Shown here one piece after another: positions 9,596 to 20,880 of a stretch of DNA of 64,000 nucleotides; the stretch's first letter is position 1; every line of letters begins with the position of its first letter. The notes under the pieces were generated by a model. The model saw nothing but the letters and a program-made list of their open reading frames with translations, did not search any database and was not told the origin of the DNA. Origin of the DNA: an uncultured Gemmatimonadales bacterium. Its GTDB lineage: Bacteria; Gemmatimonadota; Gemmatimonadetes; Longimicrobiales; Gaopeijiaceae. The position numbers and the translations under genes are program-made. Location: contig CAWGKG010000008.1 of assembly GCA_963823035.1 (NCBI GenBank), positions 32,001 to 96,000 on the forward strand. Reading direction: 5' to 3'.

Positions 9596-10918
9596 ATGAA
9601 TCCTGAACTGATCAACGGCGGATTCGCGCTGGCCGTCGCCATTCTCGTGGTGGTGGTCGTCGCCGTCACCACGCTCCGCGCGCTCATTGTGATCGTACCG
9701 CCCAACCGAGCCGCGGTGCTGACGGGTCGCGAGCGGAAGCTCATCTCCGGCGAGACGGTGGGTTACCGCTCGGTCATCGGCGGGCGAACGCTACGCGTCC
9801 CGATCGTCGAGAGCGTCCAGCACATCTCGTTGGAGACGTTCCCCGTCGAGATCTCCGTGGCCAACGCCTTCTCCAAGGGCAACATCCCCCTCAACATCGA
9901 GGCCATCGCCGCGGTGAAGATCGCCTCGCAGCCGGAGACGATCTTCAACAACGCCGTCGAACGGCTCCTCGGGAAGACCGAGCAGGAGATCTGGGCGCTC
10001 GCGAAGGACACCCTCATGGGGAACCTGCGCGGCGTGCTGGCGACGCTGACCCCCGAGGAGGTGAACGAGGATCGTCTGGGCTTCGCCCGGGCCCTCGCCG
10101 AAGATGCCGGGGAGGACCTGGCGGCGCTCGGCTTCCACCTGGACGTCCTCAAGATCCAGAACGTGAGCGACGAGCGCGGCTACCTGGAGGCGATCGGGCG
10201 CAAGCGCGCCGCGGAGGCCGTCCGCGACGCGGAGATCGCCGAGGCCGACGCCACGGCGGAGACCCGGCAGCGGCAGGCGGCGGCCCGGCAGCTCTCCGAG
10301 ATCAAGGAGGCCGAGGCGGCCGTGCGGATCGCCGAGGCGCAGAACCAGCTGCGCGTGCGCAAGGCCGAGCTGGACCGCGAGGCGCAGATCGTGGAGCGCA
10401 CCGCCCAGGTGAAGGCCCAGGAATCCGAGGTCGAGGCGCAGAAGGCGCTGGAGACCCGCCGCGTGGAGCGCGAGAAGCTGCGGCTGCAGGCCGACGTGGT
10501 GGAGCCCGCCAACGCCGAGCGCTCGGCCGCCAAGGCCCGCGCCGAAGGCGAGGCCGCGCCGATCCTCGAGAGGGGACGCGCGAGCGCGCAGGTCCTGCAG
10601 ATGCTCTACGAGCAGGTGCAGGCCGGCGGCGATCAGGCGTTCGCGGTCCTGCTCGCGGAGAAGCTGCCCGAGCTGCTGGCCACCTCGGTGGCGGCGGTCG
10701 AGGGGGTGGACATCGATCGCGTGGTCGTGATCGACGGGGGCAGCGGCTCGGGTGTGAGCAACGCGGTCAACCAGCGGGTGCACGGCGCTCTCGGTACCGT
10801 GGAGGCGATCTCCTCGGCCGTGGGCATCGACATCCAGTCGGTGCTGCGCGGCGCGTCGGCGAGGCTGAGCGCGAAGGCCTCGGACGGATCCGAGTCGCAG
10901 CCCAAGCCTACCGGTTGA
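9596..10918 (+). CDS. Flotillin-family SPFH protein
   Basis: IVPPNRAAVLTG, LMGNLRGVLATLTPEEVNEDR, KIQNVSDERGYLEAIG, AEA-rich coiled coil. Confidence 0.9.
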   Translation: MNPELINGGFALAVAILVVVVVAVTTLRALIVIVPPNRAAVLTGRERKLISGETVGYRSVIGGRTLRVPIVESVQHISLETFPVEISVANAFSKGNIPLNIEAIAAVKIASQPETIFNNAVERLLGKTEQEIWALAKDTLMGNLRGVLATLTPEEVNEDRLGFARALAEDAGEDLAALGFHLDVLKIQNVSDERGYLEAIGRKRAAEAVRDAEIAEADATAETRQRQAAARQLSEIKEAEAAVRIAEAQNQLRVRKAELDREAQIVERTAQVKAQESEVEAQKALETRRVEREKLRLQADVVEPANAERSAAKARAEGEAAPILERGRASAQVLQMLYEQVQAGGDQAFAVLLAEKLPELLATSVAAVEGVDIDRVVVIDGGSGSGVSNAVNQRVHGALGTVEAISSAVGIDIQSVLRGASARLSAKASDGSESQPKPTG

Positions 10919-13468
10919 ACCAGTACGCCACCTTGAGCAGGAAGGTGTTGTCGGGGTGGCGGTCGAGGAGGTCGCGGAAGTCGGTGCGCCAGGAGCGGCG
11001 AGCGATGTCCTCGTCGTACTCCTGGCGTCCGTGCGCCCACACCAGGAAGAGCGTAGAGCCCGGCCGGTACTCCCACCGCACCACCGCGTTCGTGCGGAGC
11101 TGGCTGTAGGAGAACGACGTGGTCGCGTCGTCGGGCGCCGAGAAGGGGGCGAAGCGATCGTCGTAGCGCGCGGCCTCCGGGTCGGCGCCCACCTCGCGCA
11201 CGTCCGAGTAGTTCCCGGAGCTGGTGAAGGGCTCGCCGTAGAACTCGAACGACAGGTCGGGGGTGAGCGTGTAGTTGACGCGCAGGCTCATCGACACGGT
11301 GCGCTGGTCGAGGTGCGCGAAGGTGTAGTGCGTCAGCCCCGCGTCGGTGAAGTTGCCGAACCACTGCGTGTTGTCGCTCGCGCGATAGACGTTGGCGCCG
11401 AGTTGCGCGCTGAGGCGCGTGGACACGCGGAAGTTCAGGTTCGGGCTCAGCGAGCTGTTGGAGCTCCGGCCGCCGTCCCAGAAGCCCGCGTTGACCCAGA
11501 TGCCGGGCACCACGGCGCGTCGGCTGTCCCCGTTGATACCGCCCCACGGGTAGAATCCCACGTCGCGGCGCAGCAGCGGCCCCCCACGGGTGCACCGGTC
11601 GCACAGGGCGCGGCCCAGGTGGTTGAGCGTTCCCCCCAGGTGCACGTTCCAGTTGTTGGGCAGGCCCATGTGCCCGTTGAAGTTCACGCCGGTCTCGATG
11701 TGGTCCCCCGACGTGTTCCAGTGGTGCCACATGTTCCCGTTCACCTGCGCCCACCGGTACACCTTCGTGGGCGACTGGAAGGAGAGGGCGGCCCACGTGC
11801 TCCAGTCGGTGATGTCCGCTCGCCGCAGGTAGCCGAGGTCGTTCACCTCGAAGCCCGCGGACTGGCGGACCAGGCTCGACTCGAAGCGGGTGATGCCGCC
11901 GCCGTGCTTCCCGACCTTGATCTGGGCGGCGTATCCCCCGAGCGAGGTGGCCGTCGAATCCACGGCCGGGCCGTCGCCGGGCTGCTGGTAGTAGTGCACC
12001 GAGCTGCGCTGCGTGCGCGTGAGCACCTCCGGGGAGCCCGCCACGCGTGACGCCGCGAACGAGCCCTCGACCTCGTAGTTCCTGCCACCGAAGCGGTTCC
12101 GGAAGCTGGCCCCGCCCACGTAGGCGCTCCGGTGCAGCCAGGACGCGGACCAGGGGTCGAGGTCGCGGTTCACCGCCGTGAAGATCGCTCCGACGCCCGC
12201 GTTCCCTCCGCGCAGATCCTGCTGGACGCGCAGCACCGCGTAGTTTGTGCGCGGCTCGACCGTCCGCTCTTCGGTACCCTGCGACCTCTCCGGTGAACGC
12301 GTCCAGCACGCCGTAGGAGAGTCCTCCGGCGCTGCGCCCCGTGAGCTTGGCGGCCGCACGGATCGGCGTCGAGGTCGGTGTCCTGGCGTCACCGTACTCG
12401 TCCGCGAGCGATGGGGCCCGGCCGATGCGGCGCGAGTAGAAGAGCCCCTCGTTCGTGCTGCAGTCGACCACGATGTAGCAGTTGAGCGAGAAGGTGTAGA
12501 GCCCGGTACCCTCCACGAAGAAGGGGCGGCGCTCCGGGAAGAAGGTCTCGAAGGCGCCGAGGTTCAGCACGGCGGGGTCGGCCTCCACCTGGCCGAAGTC
12601 GGGGTTCACGGTGGCGTTCAGCGTCACGTTGGGCGTGATCCCGATCTTCAGGTCGGCGCCCATCGTCATCTCGCCGGGGTGGTCGAAGCCGCTGCCGTCC
12701 GGACGGGTCAGGTTCTTGGCCACCGCGTAGGGCGTCATCTCGACGCGATCGGCGGAGCCGAGACCCTCGAGGCCGTCCAGCGTGCCCATCTGCGACATGA
12801 GCCCCGGCGTGGTGCGGCTGTAGGCCGGCCACGCCACGGACTCGGGGAAGCGCTCCACGGTGCGGCGCACGCCGAAGCCCCACGTGTGCGTCTCCGAGTC
12901 GGCGTAGCGGAGCTGCGAGAGCGGGATGCGGAACTCTGCCGTCCACCCTTGCGCGTCCACCCGCGTGGCCACGTCCCACACGCCGTTCCAGGACGAGTCC
13001 TCGTTGGAGTCGTCGCTCACCGCGAAGTCGCGCTTCACGCCGTCCGGGTTCACGTAGAACGCGAAGCCCGTCCGTTGGTCGTGGTAGGAATCGACGTAGA
13101 TGCCGATCTGGTCGGAGGGGCCGCGCACGTCCCTGCGGCTCAGCGCCCGCATGATGCTGTCGGGGTGGGGATCCAGCGCTCGCACGAAGACGTACAGGTC
13201 GTCGTCGTCGTAGGCCACCCGGACCTCCGTGGCGAGCGTGGGCGCCGCGTCCGGCTCGGGATCGTATTGCCGGAAGTCGCGGATCGGGGCCGCGATCCTC
13301 CACACCGCGTCGTCGGCGAGGCCGTCGATGTGCACGTCCGCCGGCGAGCGGGTCGCCGTGGCCGTCCGCGCGGGATCGTTCGCGTACACCGTCGCACCGC
13401 GCAGGCTGCCCCGAAACGCCCTGGGCCGCCAACAACAGGACGCCGACCGCCACCCCCAACCCTCTCAT
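10908..13468 (-). CDS. CBM9-like/DUF5916 outer-membrane protein (frameshifts near 13400 and 12280)
   Basis: IDG...VW, TEVRVAYD, WTAEFRIPLSQLRY, NPDFGQVEAD, FFPERRPFF, VVRWEYRPGSTLFLVW, C-terminal LKVAYW spread over three ORFs. Confidence 0.8.
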
Positions 13469-13567
13469 CCCGCCTCTCCCGCTCCAGGCACCAGCACGTC
13501 CGCGTGCACCGCCTTGGATGGGCCGAAGGGCGGAAAGGTTTCAAACGGCCCGGAGAGACGCCGCGCT

Positions 13568-15370
13568 TCACCCCACCGCGCTGGCGAACTGCAACTCGTG
13601 CAGGCGGGCGTAGAGGCCGCCATGCTCGAGGAGCTCCTCGTGCGTGCCCTCCTCACGCAGCTCGCCGTGGTGCAGCACCAGAATCCGATCGGCGTGCTGC
13701 ACGGTCGACAGGCGGTGCGCGATGACCAGCGAGGTGCGGCCTCGCAGGAGCTCGTCCGTGGCTTGCTCGATCTTCTCCTCGATCTCGGAGTCGACCGAGC
13801 TGGTGGCCTCGTCGAGGATGAGGATCTCGGGGTCGAAGGCGAGCGCGCGGGCGAAGCTGACGAGCTGGCGTTCGCCGACCGAAAGGGTGGAGCCGCGCTC
13901 GCCGAGCGTCTGAGCGTAGCCGCCTTCCAGGCGCTCGATGAAGGGGGCCGCGCCCAGGCGCTCCGCGGCCGCGCGGACGCTCGCCTCGTCGATGTCCGGC
14001 GAGCCGAGGCGGATGTTGTACGCCACGTCCTGGCTGAAGAGGAAGACGTCCTGCAGCACCAGGCCGATGCGGGCGCGCAGGTCTCCCAGGCGCAGGCGGT
14101 CGATCGGGACGCCGTCCAGGAGGATCTGCCCGCGGGTCACGTCGTAGAAGCGCATGAGCAGGTTGATGATCGTCGTCTTCCCGGCGCCCGTGTGGCCGAC
14201 GATGGCCATCTTCTCGCCCGGCGCCGCGCGGAAGCTCACGCCCTTCAGCACCCAGTCCGGCTCACCGTCGTCACGCTCGCCGTACGCGAACCAGACGTCG
14301 CGGAACTCGATGTCGCCGCGCACCGGGTCGGCCAGCGTCTCGGGCTCGGGCGGGTCCACGATGTCGATGTCGCGGTCCAGGAGCTTGAACACGCGCTCGG
14401 AGGAGGCCATCGCCCCCTGGAGGAGGTTGTATTTCTCCGACAGGTCCTGGATGGGCCGGAAGAAGCGGCGCGCGTACTGCAGGAAAGCGGCGACCACGCC
14501 GACGGTGACCCCGCCCGCGATGATCTGCACGCCCCCGTACCAGAGGATGAGCGCGAGGGCGATGGCGGTGAAGAGCTCGATGACCGGGAAGAAGAGCGCG
14601 TAGTAGGTGATCGAGCGGAGGTGCGCCTCGAGGTAGTGCGCGTTCAGATCGCGGTGGCGGCGAGCGTCCGCCTCCTCGCGGTTGAAGAGCTGCACCACGC
14701 GGATGCCGGTGAAGCGCTCGTGCAGGAAGGCGTTGAGGCGCGCGAGGCGAACACGGATGTCGCGGTACGCGTCGCGGATCCTCGCGCGGAAGACGAACGC
14801 CGCGATGAACACGAGCGGCAGCACGCTGAAGGCGACCAGCGCCAGCCTCCAGTCCATGCGCAGCATCGCCACGACGATGAACACCAACGTGAAGACGTCT
14901 CCGAACACCGAAACCACGCCCGAGCTGAACAGCTCGTTCAGCGTCTCGACGTCGTTGGTGATGCGGGTCATGAGGCGCCCGACCGGATTCCGGTCGAAGA
15001 AGCGCAGGTCCAGGCGCTGGAAGCGCTCGAAGATCTCCGTGCGCAGGTCGTACATCACGCCCTGGCCCAGCCACGTGGTCAGGATCCCCTGCCCGTACTG
15101 GAGGACGGCGCCCAGCATGACCGCGCCCATGTACGCCGCGGCGAGCTTGGCCAGCAGGGCGTAGTCCTTGGCCGGGAACGCGCGGTCGATGGCGATCTGC
15201 GTGAGCCACGGACCGACCACTTCCATGGCGGAGCCGAGCATGAGGAGCGCGACGGCCGCGACCACAGGCAGCTTGTACGGCCGCAGGTAGCGCAGCAGGC
15301 GACGCATGAGGCGTGCGTCGTACGCCTTTCCCAGAGCCTCTTCTTCTACGTGGATGCCGGCTTCGGCCAT
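13568..15370 (-). CDS. ABC exporter, fused TMD-NBD
   Basis: TMD plus Walker A GHTGAGKT, LSVGERQ, ILILDEAT, IAHRLST. Confidence 0.92.
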   Translation of the reverse strand: MAEAGIHVEEEALGKAYDARLMRRLLRYLRPYKLPVVAAVALLMLGSAMEVVGPWLTQIAIDRAFPAKDYALLAKLAAAYMGAVMLGAVLQYGQGILTTWLGQGVMYDLRTEIFERFQRLDLRFFDRNPVGRLMTRITNDVETLNELFSSGVVSVFGDVFTLVFIVVAMLRMDWRLALVAFSVLPLVFIAAFVFRARIRDAYRDIRVRLARLNAFLHERFTGIRVVQLFNREEADARRHRDLNAHYLEAHLRSITYYALFFPVIELFTAIALALILWYGGVQIIAGGVTVGVVAAFLQYARRFFRPIQDLSEKYNLLQGAMASSERVFKLLDRDIDIVDPPEPETLADPVRGDIEFRDVWFAYGERDDGEPDWVLKGVSFRAAPGEKMAIVGHTGAGKTTIINLLMRFYDVTRGQILLDGVPIDRLRLGDLRARIGLVLQDVFLFSQDVAYNIRLGSPDIDEASVRAAAERLGAAPFIERLEGGYAQTLGERGSTLSVGERQLVSFARALAFDPEILILDEATSSVDSEIEEKIEQATDELLRGRTSLVIAHRLSTVQHADRILVLHHGELREEGTHEELLEHGGLYARLHELQFASAVG

Positions 15371-15506
15371 GGATACGGAGCGTGCGGTGGCGTGTCGCGA
15401 AGGGCGCCCGCTCGGGGCGGCCGGAACCGTACCCTCCGCGGAGGAGGGCCGTTCCGCCGGCGCCGCTCAGCGCGGAAGGGCTCGCCCGAACGGGTCCGTC
15501 GCCCGG

Positions 15507-16340
15507 TCAGCGCCCCGGTCCGTCGCCCGTTGTGGGGATGCCGCGCTTCACCCGCTGGGCACGCGCGTGCATCACGGAATCGAGCGGCGTGCGTACCGGG
15601 CGCGCGAGGGCGGTGTCGATCTGGGCGCGCGCCTCGGCCCACCGCCCGAGCCCGTCCAGCACCTCCGCGTAGCGCGAGCGGTAGAGGACGTCGTCCGGCG
15701 CAAGCTCCACTGCACGCCCGAGATGCAGGCGCGCGTCGTCCCAACTCGCCTTCTTCACCCAGTCGCCCCCGACCAGCATCCGCGCCCAGAAGCGCGCGAA
15801 GCCGTTCATCGTCACGATCTCGTTGTGCAGCACGCCGAGCGCGTGGTGGGCCATGGCGTCGTCGGGGCGTTCAGCGAGGATGAGGTGGGAGAGGTCCCAT
15901 ACCTGGCGGCCGGCGTGCGCCGACTCCCGCGGACCGGTCTGCAGGGCGAGGTTGCCCCACGCCGCCAGCGCCCAGTCGAGCGCATCGGGGTCGTCCGGCC
16001 GCAGCGCGCGCGCCGAATCCGACGCCGACGCCGCGCGGCGGAACCAAGCGTTGCGCTCCTCACGGTCGACGGCGAGCAGCCCCATGACCACCTCGCCGCG
16101 CACGGCGCGCCACCTGGCGTCGAAGTTGCCGGGCATCTCGGCTCGGACGGCCTGGAGGAGGTCCAGGGACGCACGCGCGTCCCCCGTTTGGAGGAGCGCG
16201 TCGGCGCGCCCGATCGGCGAGGCGATGGGCGCCGGACCCGCCGCGGGCACGGGCCGTTCCTGGGCGCGCGCCGCGGGCGCGACGACGACGCCGGCCAGAA
16301 CGAGCGACAGGAAGAGCGAGCGGCGGCGGATCATGGACAT
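15507..16340 (-). CDS. Secreted TPR-like repeat protein
   Basis: Signal peptide and helical repeats (AMAHHALG, LGRAVELAPDD). Confidence 0.65.
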   Translation of the reverse strand: MSMIRRRSLFLSLVLAGVVVAPAARAQERPVPAAGPAPIASPIGRADALLQTGDARASLDLLQAVRAEMPGNFDARWRAVRGEVVMGLLAVDREERNAWFRRAASASDSARALRPDDPDALDWALAAWGNLALQTGPRESAHAGRQVWDLSHLILAERPDDAMAHHALGVLHNEIVTMNGFARFWARMLVGGDWVKKASWDDARLHLGRAVELAPDDVLYRSRYAEVLDGLGRWAEARAQIDTALARPVRTPLDSVMHARAQRVKRGIPTTGDGPGR

Positions 16341-16390
16341 CCGCTATACTGACGAGCGAGCCCGAAGATCCACGACCTGCTCGAGGCGGG

Positions 16391-18250
16391 ATGAAGGAAG
16401 GGAAGGGGACCGACACGGCTGCGGTGCGCCGGGTCCTGCGGCGCTACTGGAGCGTGGCGGGCGCCCGACCGTGGCACCTCGCGCTGCCGCTTCTCCTGAT
16501 CCTGCTCATCGGCGTGGTCGAGGGGGCCTCCTTCGGCATGCTGCTGCCGCTCTCGCAGGCGATGGCCGACGACAGCTTCGCCTTCCTCCACGACTCGCGG
16601 GTGTTCGGCTGGATCGAGCGGCTCGTGCCGGCCGCCCTGACCGACTCGCCCGACCGCGACGCCTACCTCACCCTCGTCATCATCGGGCTGATCGTGGGCG
16701 GCCGGGTGGTGAAGATCTTCCTGGAATACGCGCGCAAGGTGTTCCAGGACCTGCGCAACCAGCGCTACCAGGCCGCCGTGAAGCAGGAGACGTTCGGGCG
16801 GGTGCTGCGCTTCGGCCGCCAGTACTTCGACAGGCAGGCGCTGGGCAAGATCGACACCGAGATCGGCTGGTCCACCGCGGTGGTCGGGCTCCTGGTGGCC
16901 GCCGAGGGCGTGGTGCTGAACGCGACCCGCCTGGCCGTGAAGGCGGGGCTGATGCTGGCCCTGTCCGTACCGCTCTTCCTCGCGATCGCCGTGGTCTTCC
17001 CGGTCGTGCAGCTCATCATCCGCCAGATCTCCAGGATGGCGGTGCGTGTATCCCGCGAGGCGGCCGGAGTCGAGCGGCGGATGCACGCCGAGGTGCTCGA
17101 CCTCCTCGCCACGATCCCGCTGGTGAAGGCCTTCTCGCTGGAGGAGCGCGCCACCTCCTCCTACGGCGAGATCGTGAAGGAAGCGCGCGACATCGAGGTC
17201 CGGCGCCGGCGCCTCTACAACCTGGCCTATCCGGTCGAGGAGACCGTGATCCTCGTGGCGATCCTGCTCGTGCAGGGGCTGACGCTCTGGTGGACGCACG
17301 ACTTCACTCCGGGCGACCTCGCGCGCTTCGGAGCCTTCCTCCTGCTCGTGCAGCAGAGCCTGCCCGACTACAAGGCGATCAGCCAGCTCCGCCTGACCTT
17401 CACCGAGCAGGTCCCGCAGCTCGAGGCGCTGGCAGGGCTCTTCGACGATGACGGCAAGTACATCGTCCCGTCGGGGCCCCGCTCCTTCGAGGGGCTGCGG
17501 AGCGGGATCACGCTGCGCGGCCTCACCTTCGGGTACCACCCCGACCTCCCCGTACTGCGCGACGTGAGCGCGCGCTTCCCGGCCGGGTCGATCACCGCGC
17601 TCGTCGGGGAGAGCGGCGCCGGAAAGTCCTCCATCGTCGACCTGGTGGCGCGTTTCTACGACTGCCCGCCCGGGACGCTCTTCTTCGACGACGTGGACGC
17701 GCGCGAGCTCTCCCTCCCGTCGCTGCACGCGAAGCTCGCGATGGTGAGCCAGGAAGTCTGGCTGTTGAACCGGTCGCTGCGCGCCAACCTCACCTTCGGC
17801 CTCGACCCGAGGCCCTCCGACGCCGAGTTGGTCGATGCGCTTCGCGAGGTCGAGCTGGGATCCCTCCTCGACACGCTGGAGCGCGGGCTCGACACGGAGG
17901 TCGGCGACCGGGGCGTCCAGCTCTCCGGCGGGCAGAAGCAGCGGCTCGCGCTCGCCCGGGCGCTGCTGCGCGATCCCGAGATCCTGGTGCTCGACGAAGC
18001 CACCTCCGCGCTGGACAGCGCGGTCGAGCACCAACTCGAAGAGGTGATCGAGCGGCGTACGCGCGGGCGCACGCTCATCGTGATCGCGCACCGCCTGTCC
18101 ACGGTCCGCAGCGCGGACCAGATCCTCGTGCTGCGGCACGGTCGGATCGTCGAGCGGGGGACCTGGGACGACCTGCTCGCGCAGGGCGGCGAGTTCGCGC
18201 GGCTTCACCGCGCCCAGTTCGGGGTACCGGTCGCGGCCCAGGAAGGCTGA
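16391..18250 (+). CDS. ABC exporter (MsbA/HepA-like)
   Basis: TMD plus GESGAGKS, LSGGQKQR, LVLDEAT, IAHRLST. Confidence 0.9.
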   Translation: MKEGKGTDTAAVRRVLRRYWSVAGARPWHLALPLLLILLIGVVEGASFGMLLPLSQAMADDSFAFLHDSRVFGWIERLVPAALTDSPDRDAYLTLVIIGLIVGGRVVKIFLEYARKVFQDLRNQRYQAAVKQETFGRVLRFGRQYFDRQALGKIDTEIGWSTAVVGLLVAAEGVVLNATRLAVKAGLMLALSVPLFLAIAVVFPVVQLIIRQISRMAVRVSREAAGVERRMHAEVLDLLATIPLVKAFSLEERATSSYGEIVKEARDIEVRRRRLYNLAYPVEETVILVAILLVQGLTLWWTHDFTPGDLARFGAFLLLVQQSLPDYKAISQLRLTFTEQVPQLEALAGLFDDDGKYIVPSGPRSFEGLRSGITLRGLTFGYHPDLPVLRDVSARFPAGSITALVGESGAGKSSIVDLVARFYDCPPGTLFFDDVDARELSLPSLHAKLAMVSQEVWLLNRSLRANLTFGLDPRPSDAELVDALREVELGSLLDTLERGLDTEVGDRGVQLSGGQKQRLALARALLRDPEILVLDEATSALDSAVEHQLEEVIERRTRGRTLIVIAHRLSTVRSADQILVLRHGRIVERGTWDDLLAQGGEFARLHRAQFGVPVAAQEG

Positions 18251-18256
18251 CCGAGG

Positions 18257-19174
18257 CTACGCCTCGCGCTTCCGCCGGAGCCCGAGCATGCGGGCGATGG
18301 GGAGGAGCGGCTGGACCAGCCGGCCCAGGCGGCGCATCCGCCCCACGCGACGCTGCTCGATTCGCCAATGCGGCGCGGACGAGCCCGGCACAGCGGCCGC
18401 GCGGCGGCGGCGGTCCGCCCGCGCGACCAGCTCCTCGAACAGCTCCGCGGGGAGCGGCGCGAGGTAGTGGAGGACCGGTTTCCCTGGACGGTCGAGGTCG
18501 ATCTCCGGGAGCTCGGCAGGCCAGAACATGGGCCCGGGGGACGGGAAGAGGGAGAGGCCGCGCCGGCCGCCCACCACCCCGAAGGCCAGCTCGTCCCCCA
18601 GGAAGCCACCACGAAGCGTCGGGAGGATCTCGTCGCGGTGGCAGGCGAGACAGTCGTCCATGATGGCCAGCGCCGGCTCGCGTCGGAAGTAGAGCACGCC
18701 GCTGTTCGACTTCAGGTACCAGGGGAGGTCGAAGCGGGCGACGAGGTCGCGCGTCGGGAAGCCGTGGTGGATCACGTCGTCGTCGGGCCCGAGCCGCTCG
18801 CCCACGAGCGCGAAGTCGACGTCGCCCAGCGCGTTCCAGAATCGATCCAGCGGTCCGAGCACGAAGCAATCCGCGTCGATGAAGATCGCGCGGTCCCAGG
18901 GGGTCGCTTCCGGCACGCCGTACTTGCGGGCCCGTCCCTCGCGGAAGCGCTCCGGGAGGAGACACACCTCCGCGAAGACCCCTGCGTAGCGGTCCCGCGC
19001 GCGGCGCGCGAGGGTCGGGTCGGCCACCAGGGCGAAGGGAAGCGCCGTGTGCTCGCGCGCGGAGAGCGCGAGGTCGACAGCCATCTCGAGGTAGCGCGCG
19101 TCACCCGCCGCGAGGGTGACCAGGCCGCTCGTGTCGCCGGGGGCGTCCGAACGGGAAGGGTGCGGACCGCTCAC
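18257..19174 (-). CDS. GT-A fold glycosyltransferase (GT8-like)
   Basis: GTG start overlapping upstream stop; AIFIDADC (DxD), NSGVLYF, GDELAF, VLHY motifs. Confidence 0.6.
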   Translation of the reverse strand: MSGPHPSRSDAPGDTSGLVTLAAGDARYLEMAVDLALSAREHTALPFALVADPTLARRARDRYAGVFAEVCLLPERFREGRARKYGVPEATPWDRAIFIDADCFVLGPLDRFWNALGDVDFALVGERLGPDDDVIHHGFPTRDLVARFDLPWYLKSNSGVLYFRREPALAIMDDCLACHRDEILPTLRGGFLGDELAFGVVGGRRGLSLFPSPGPMFWPAELPEIDLDRPGKPVLHYLAPLPAELFEELVARADRRRRAAAVPGSSAPHWRIEQRRVGRMRRLGRLVQPLLPIARMLGLRRKREA

Positions 19175-20661
19175 GCGGGCTGTGGGACGACCTGGAGCTG
19201 GACCACGAGGCCCAGGCAGGTGGCCCAGAAGACGAGCGGGAGGGACCAGGCCGCCTGACCGCGCGCGGCGAGCATCGCGGTGCCGGCGAGCGCGTACGCG
19301 ATCACCAGGAGCTCGATGAAGAACGTCCAGTCCAGCGGCAGCGCGTAGGGTCGCTCCGCGCCCATGGCGCGCAGCGCCGCGTCCCGGCAGGGCCGTGCAC
19401 CCTTGGGGGTGCGCGCGAAGCCCCCGCGCGTCGAGACGAGCCCAAGGATCTGCCCGACCGTGTTGTTCACCATCAGGCCGATGCCGACGCACAGCCCCGC
19501 GAGCAGCCGGGCGACGAAGCCGAGGGACCAGGGGTCGCCCCGCTCGCGCTGGGTGATCACGAAGCTGAGGGGTGCGACCGCCAGCACCACGGTCATGATC
19601 GCCTGCGAGGCGAGGAAGAAGCCGCGGTCGACGTAGAGCACGGCCCACGGCCACAGGAGGAGGTTGGCGAGGAGGATGGGGTGGATCGCGTACCCCGCGA
19701 GGAGGAACGCCTCCTCCCAGCGGTCACGGAGCAGGCCGTGCGAGCCGAGCACGCGCCGGGTCAGCTTGCGGAAGCACTGCGCGTTGCCGCGGGCCCACCG
19801 GAGCTGCTGGACCTTGAATGCGCGCATGTGGCTGGGCAGCTCGCTCTCGACGGCTACGTCCTGCAGGTAGCGGGCCTTCCACCCGCGCAACGCGCACCGA
19901 TAGCTGAGGTCGAGATCCTCGGTGAGCGTGTCGGCGGACCAGCCCCCGGAGTCCTCGATGGCCGCTCGTCTCCAGACGCCCCCGGAGCCGTTGAAGGTCG
20001 TGACGTGCCCCATGAAGGCACGGGTCGGCTTCTGGACGAAGAAGTGACGGTCCAGGAGCAGCGCCAGAGCCGACCCCAGGATGCCCTCGCGTGGTGGGTC
20101 GAACGCCCACCGGGTCTGAACGAACGCCACCCGCGGATCCTCGAAGACCCGCTCCTCGAGAAGGACGCGGGAGAGAAAGCCCGGGTCGGGTGCGAAGTCG
20201 GCGTCGAACACCGCCAGGAATTCCGCCTCGGTTCGCTGAAGCCCGCCTGCCAGCGCGCCCGCCTTGAACCCGCGCCGGTTGTCACGGTGGATGTGCTCGA
20301 TGCGGACGCCCGTCTCCCGCACGCATCCGGCGATGCGCGCCGCAATCGCCCTCGTCTCGTCCGTGGAGTCGTCGAGCACCTGCACGTCGAAGCGGTCCGG
20401 CGGATAGTCCTGCGCCGCGGCCGCGCGGATGATGCGCTCCGCGGCGGTGCGCTCGTTGTAGATGGGGATCTGGATCGTGACCCTGGGCGGTGGGCTCCCG
20501 GCGCCGCCGCTCCCGACAGCGCGTGTCGTGCGCACGCGGCCCAACTCCCGGATCGCCACCCTGTGCCGCAGGAAGCGCCACAGCAGCCGTAGCTCGATCG
20601 ACGCGAAGGCCGCGCCGGAGCCCACGGCGATGACGTAGAGCGCGGAGATGAGCAGCGACAT
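19171..20661 (-). CDS. Processive GT2 glycosyltransferase (cellulose-synthase-like)
   Basis: QIPIYNE, LDDSTD, GFKAGAL, FDADF, TEDLDL, QQLRW (D,D,D,QxxRW) and C-terminal TMs. Confidence 0.9.
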   Translation of the reverse strand: MSLLISALYVIAVGSGAAFASIELRLLWRFLRHRVAIRELGRVRTTRAVGSGGAGSPPPRVTIQIPIYNERTAAERIIRAAAAQDYPPDRFDVQVLDDSTDETRAIAARIAGCVRETGVRIEHIHRDNRRGFKAGALAGGLQRTEAEFLAVFDADFAPDPGFLSRVLLEERVFEDPRVAFVQTRWAFDPPREGILGSALALLLDRHFFVQKPTRAFMGHVTTFNGSGGVWRRAAIEDSGGWSADTLTEDLDLSYRCALRGWKARYLQDVAVESELPSHMRAFKVQQLRWARGNAQCFRKLTRRVLGSHGLLRDRWEEAFLLAGYAIHPILLANLLLWPWAVLYVDRGFFLASQAIMTVVLAVAPLSFVITQRERGDPWSLGFVARLLAGLCVGIGLMVNNTVGQILGLVSTRGGFARTPKGARPCRDAALRAMGAERPYALPLDWTFFIELLVIAYALAGTAMLAARGQAAWSLPLVFWATCLGLVVQLQVVPQPA

Positions 20662-20880
20662 GCGGAACGAGATGGCGTCGGCGAAGGTGGCGATCACGAG
20701 CGTGCAGGCGCCGCGCGGGGGCCAGGCTACAGCGGCGCCGCAAGGTATGGAAGAGTCGTGCCAATCGCGACTCGTCGGCGTCTCCCTGCTGTTGCGCGCT
20801 CGTGGCGCGATGAAACTATTCTCGCATACTATGCCGTAGTAGTTTGTCGAATCCCCATCCTCCGTGCCGCCGAGGCCGCC

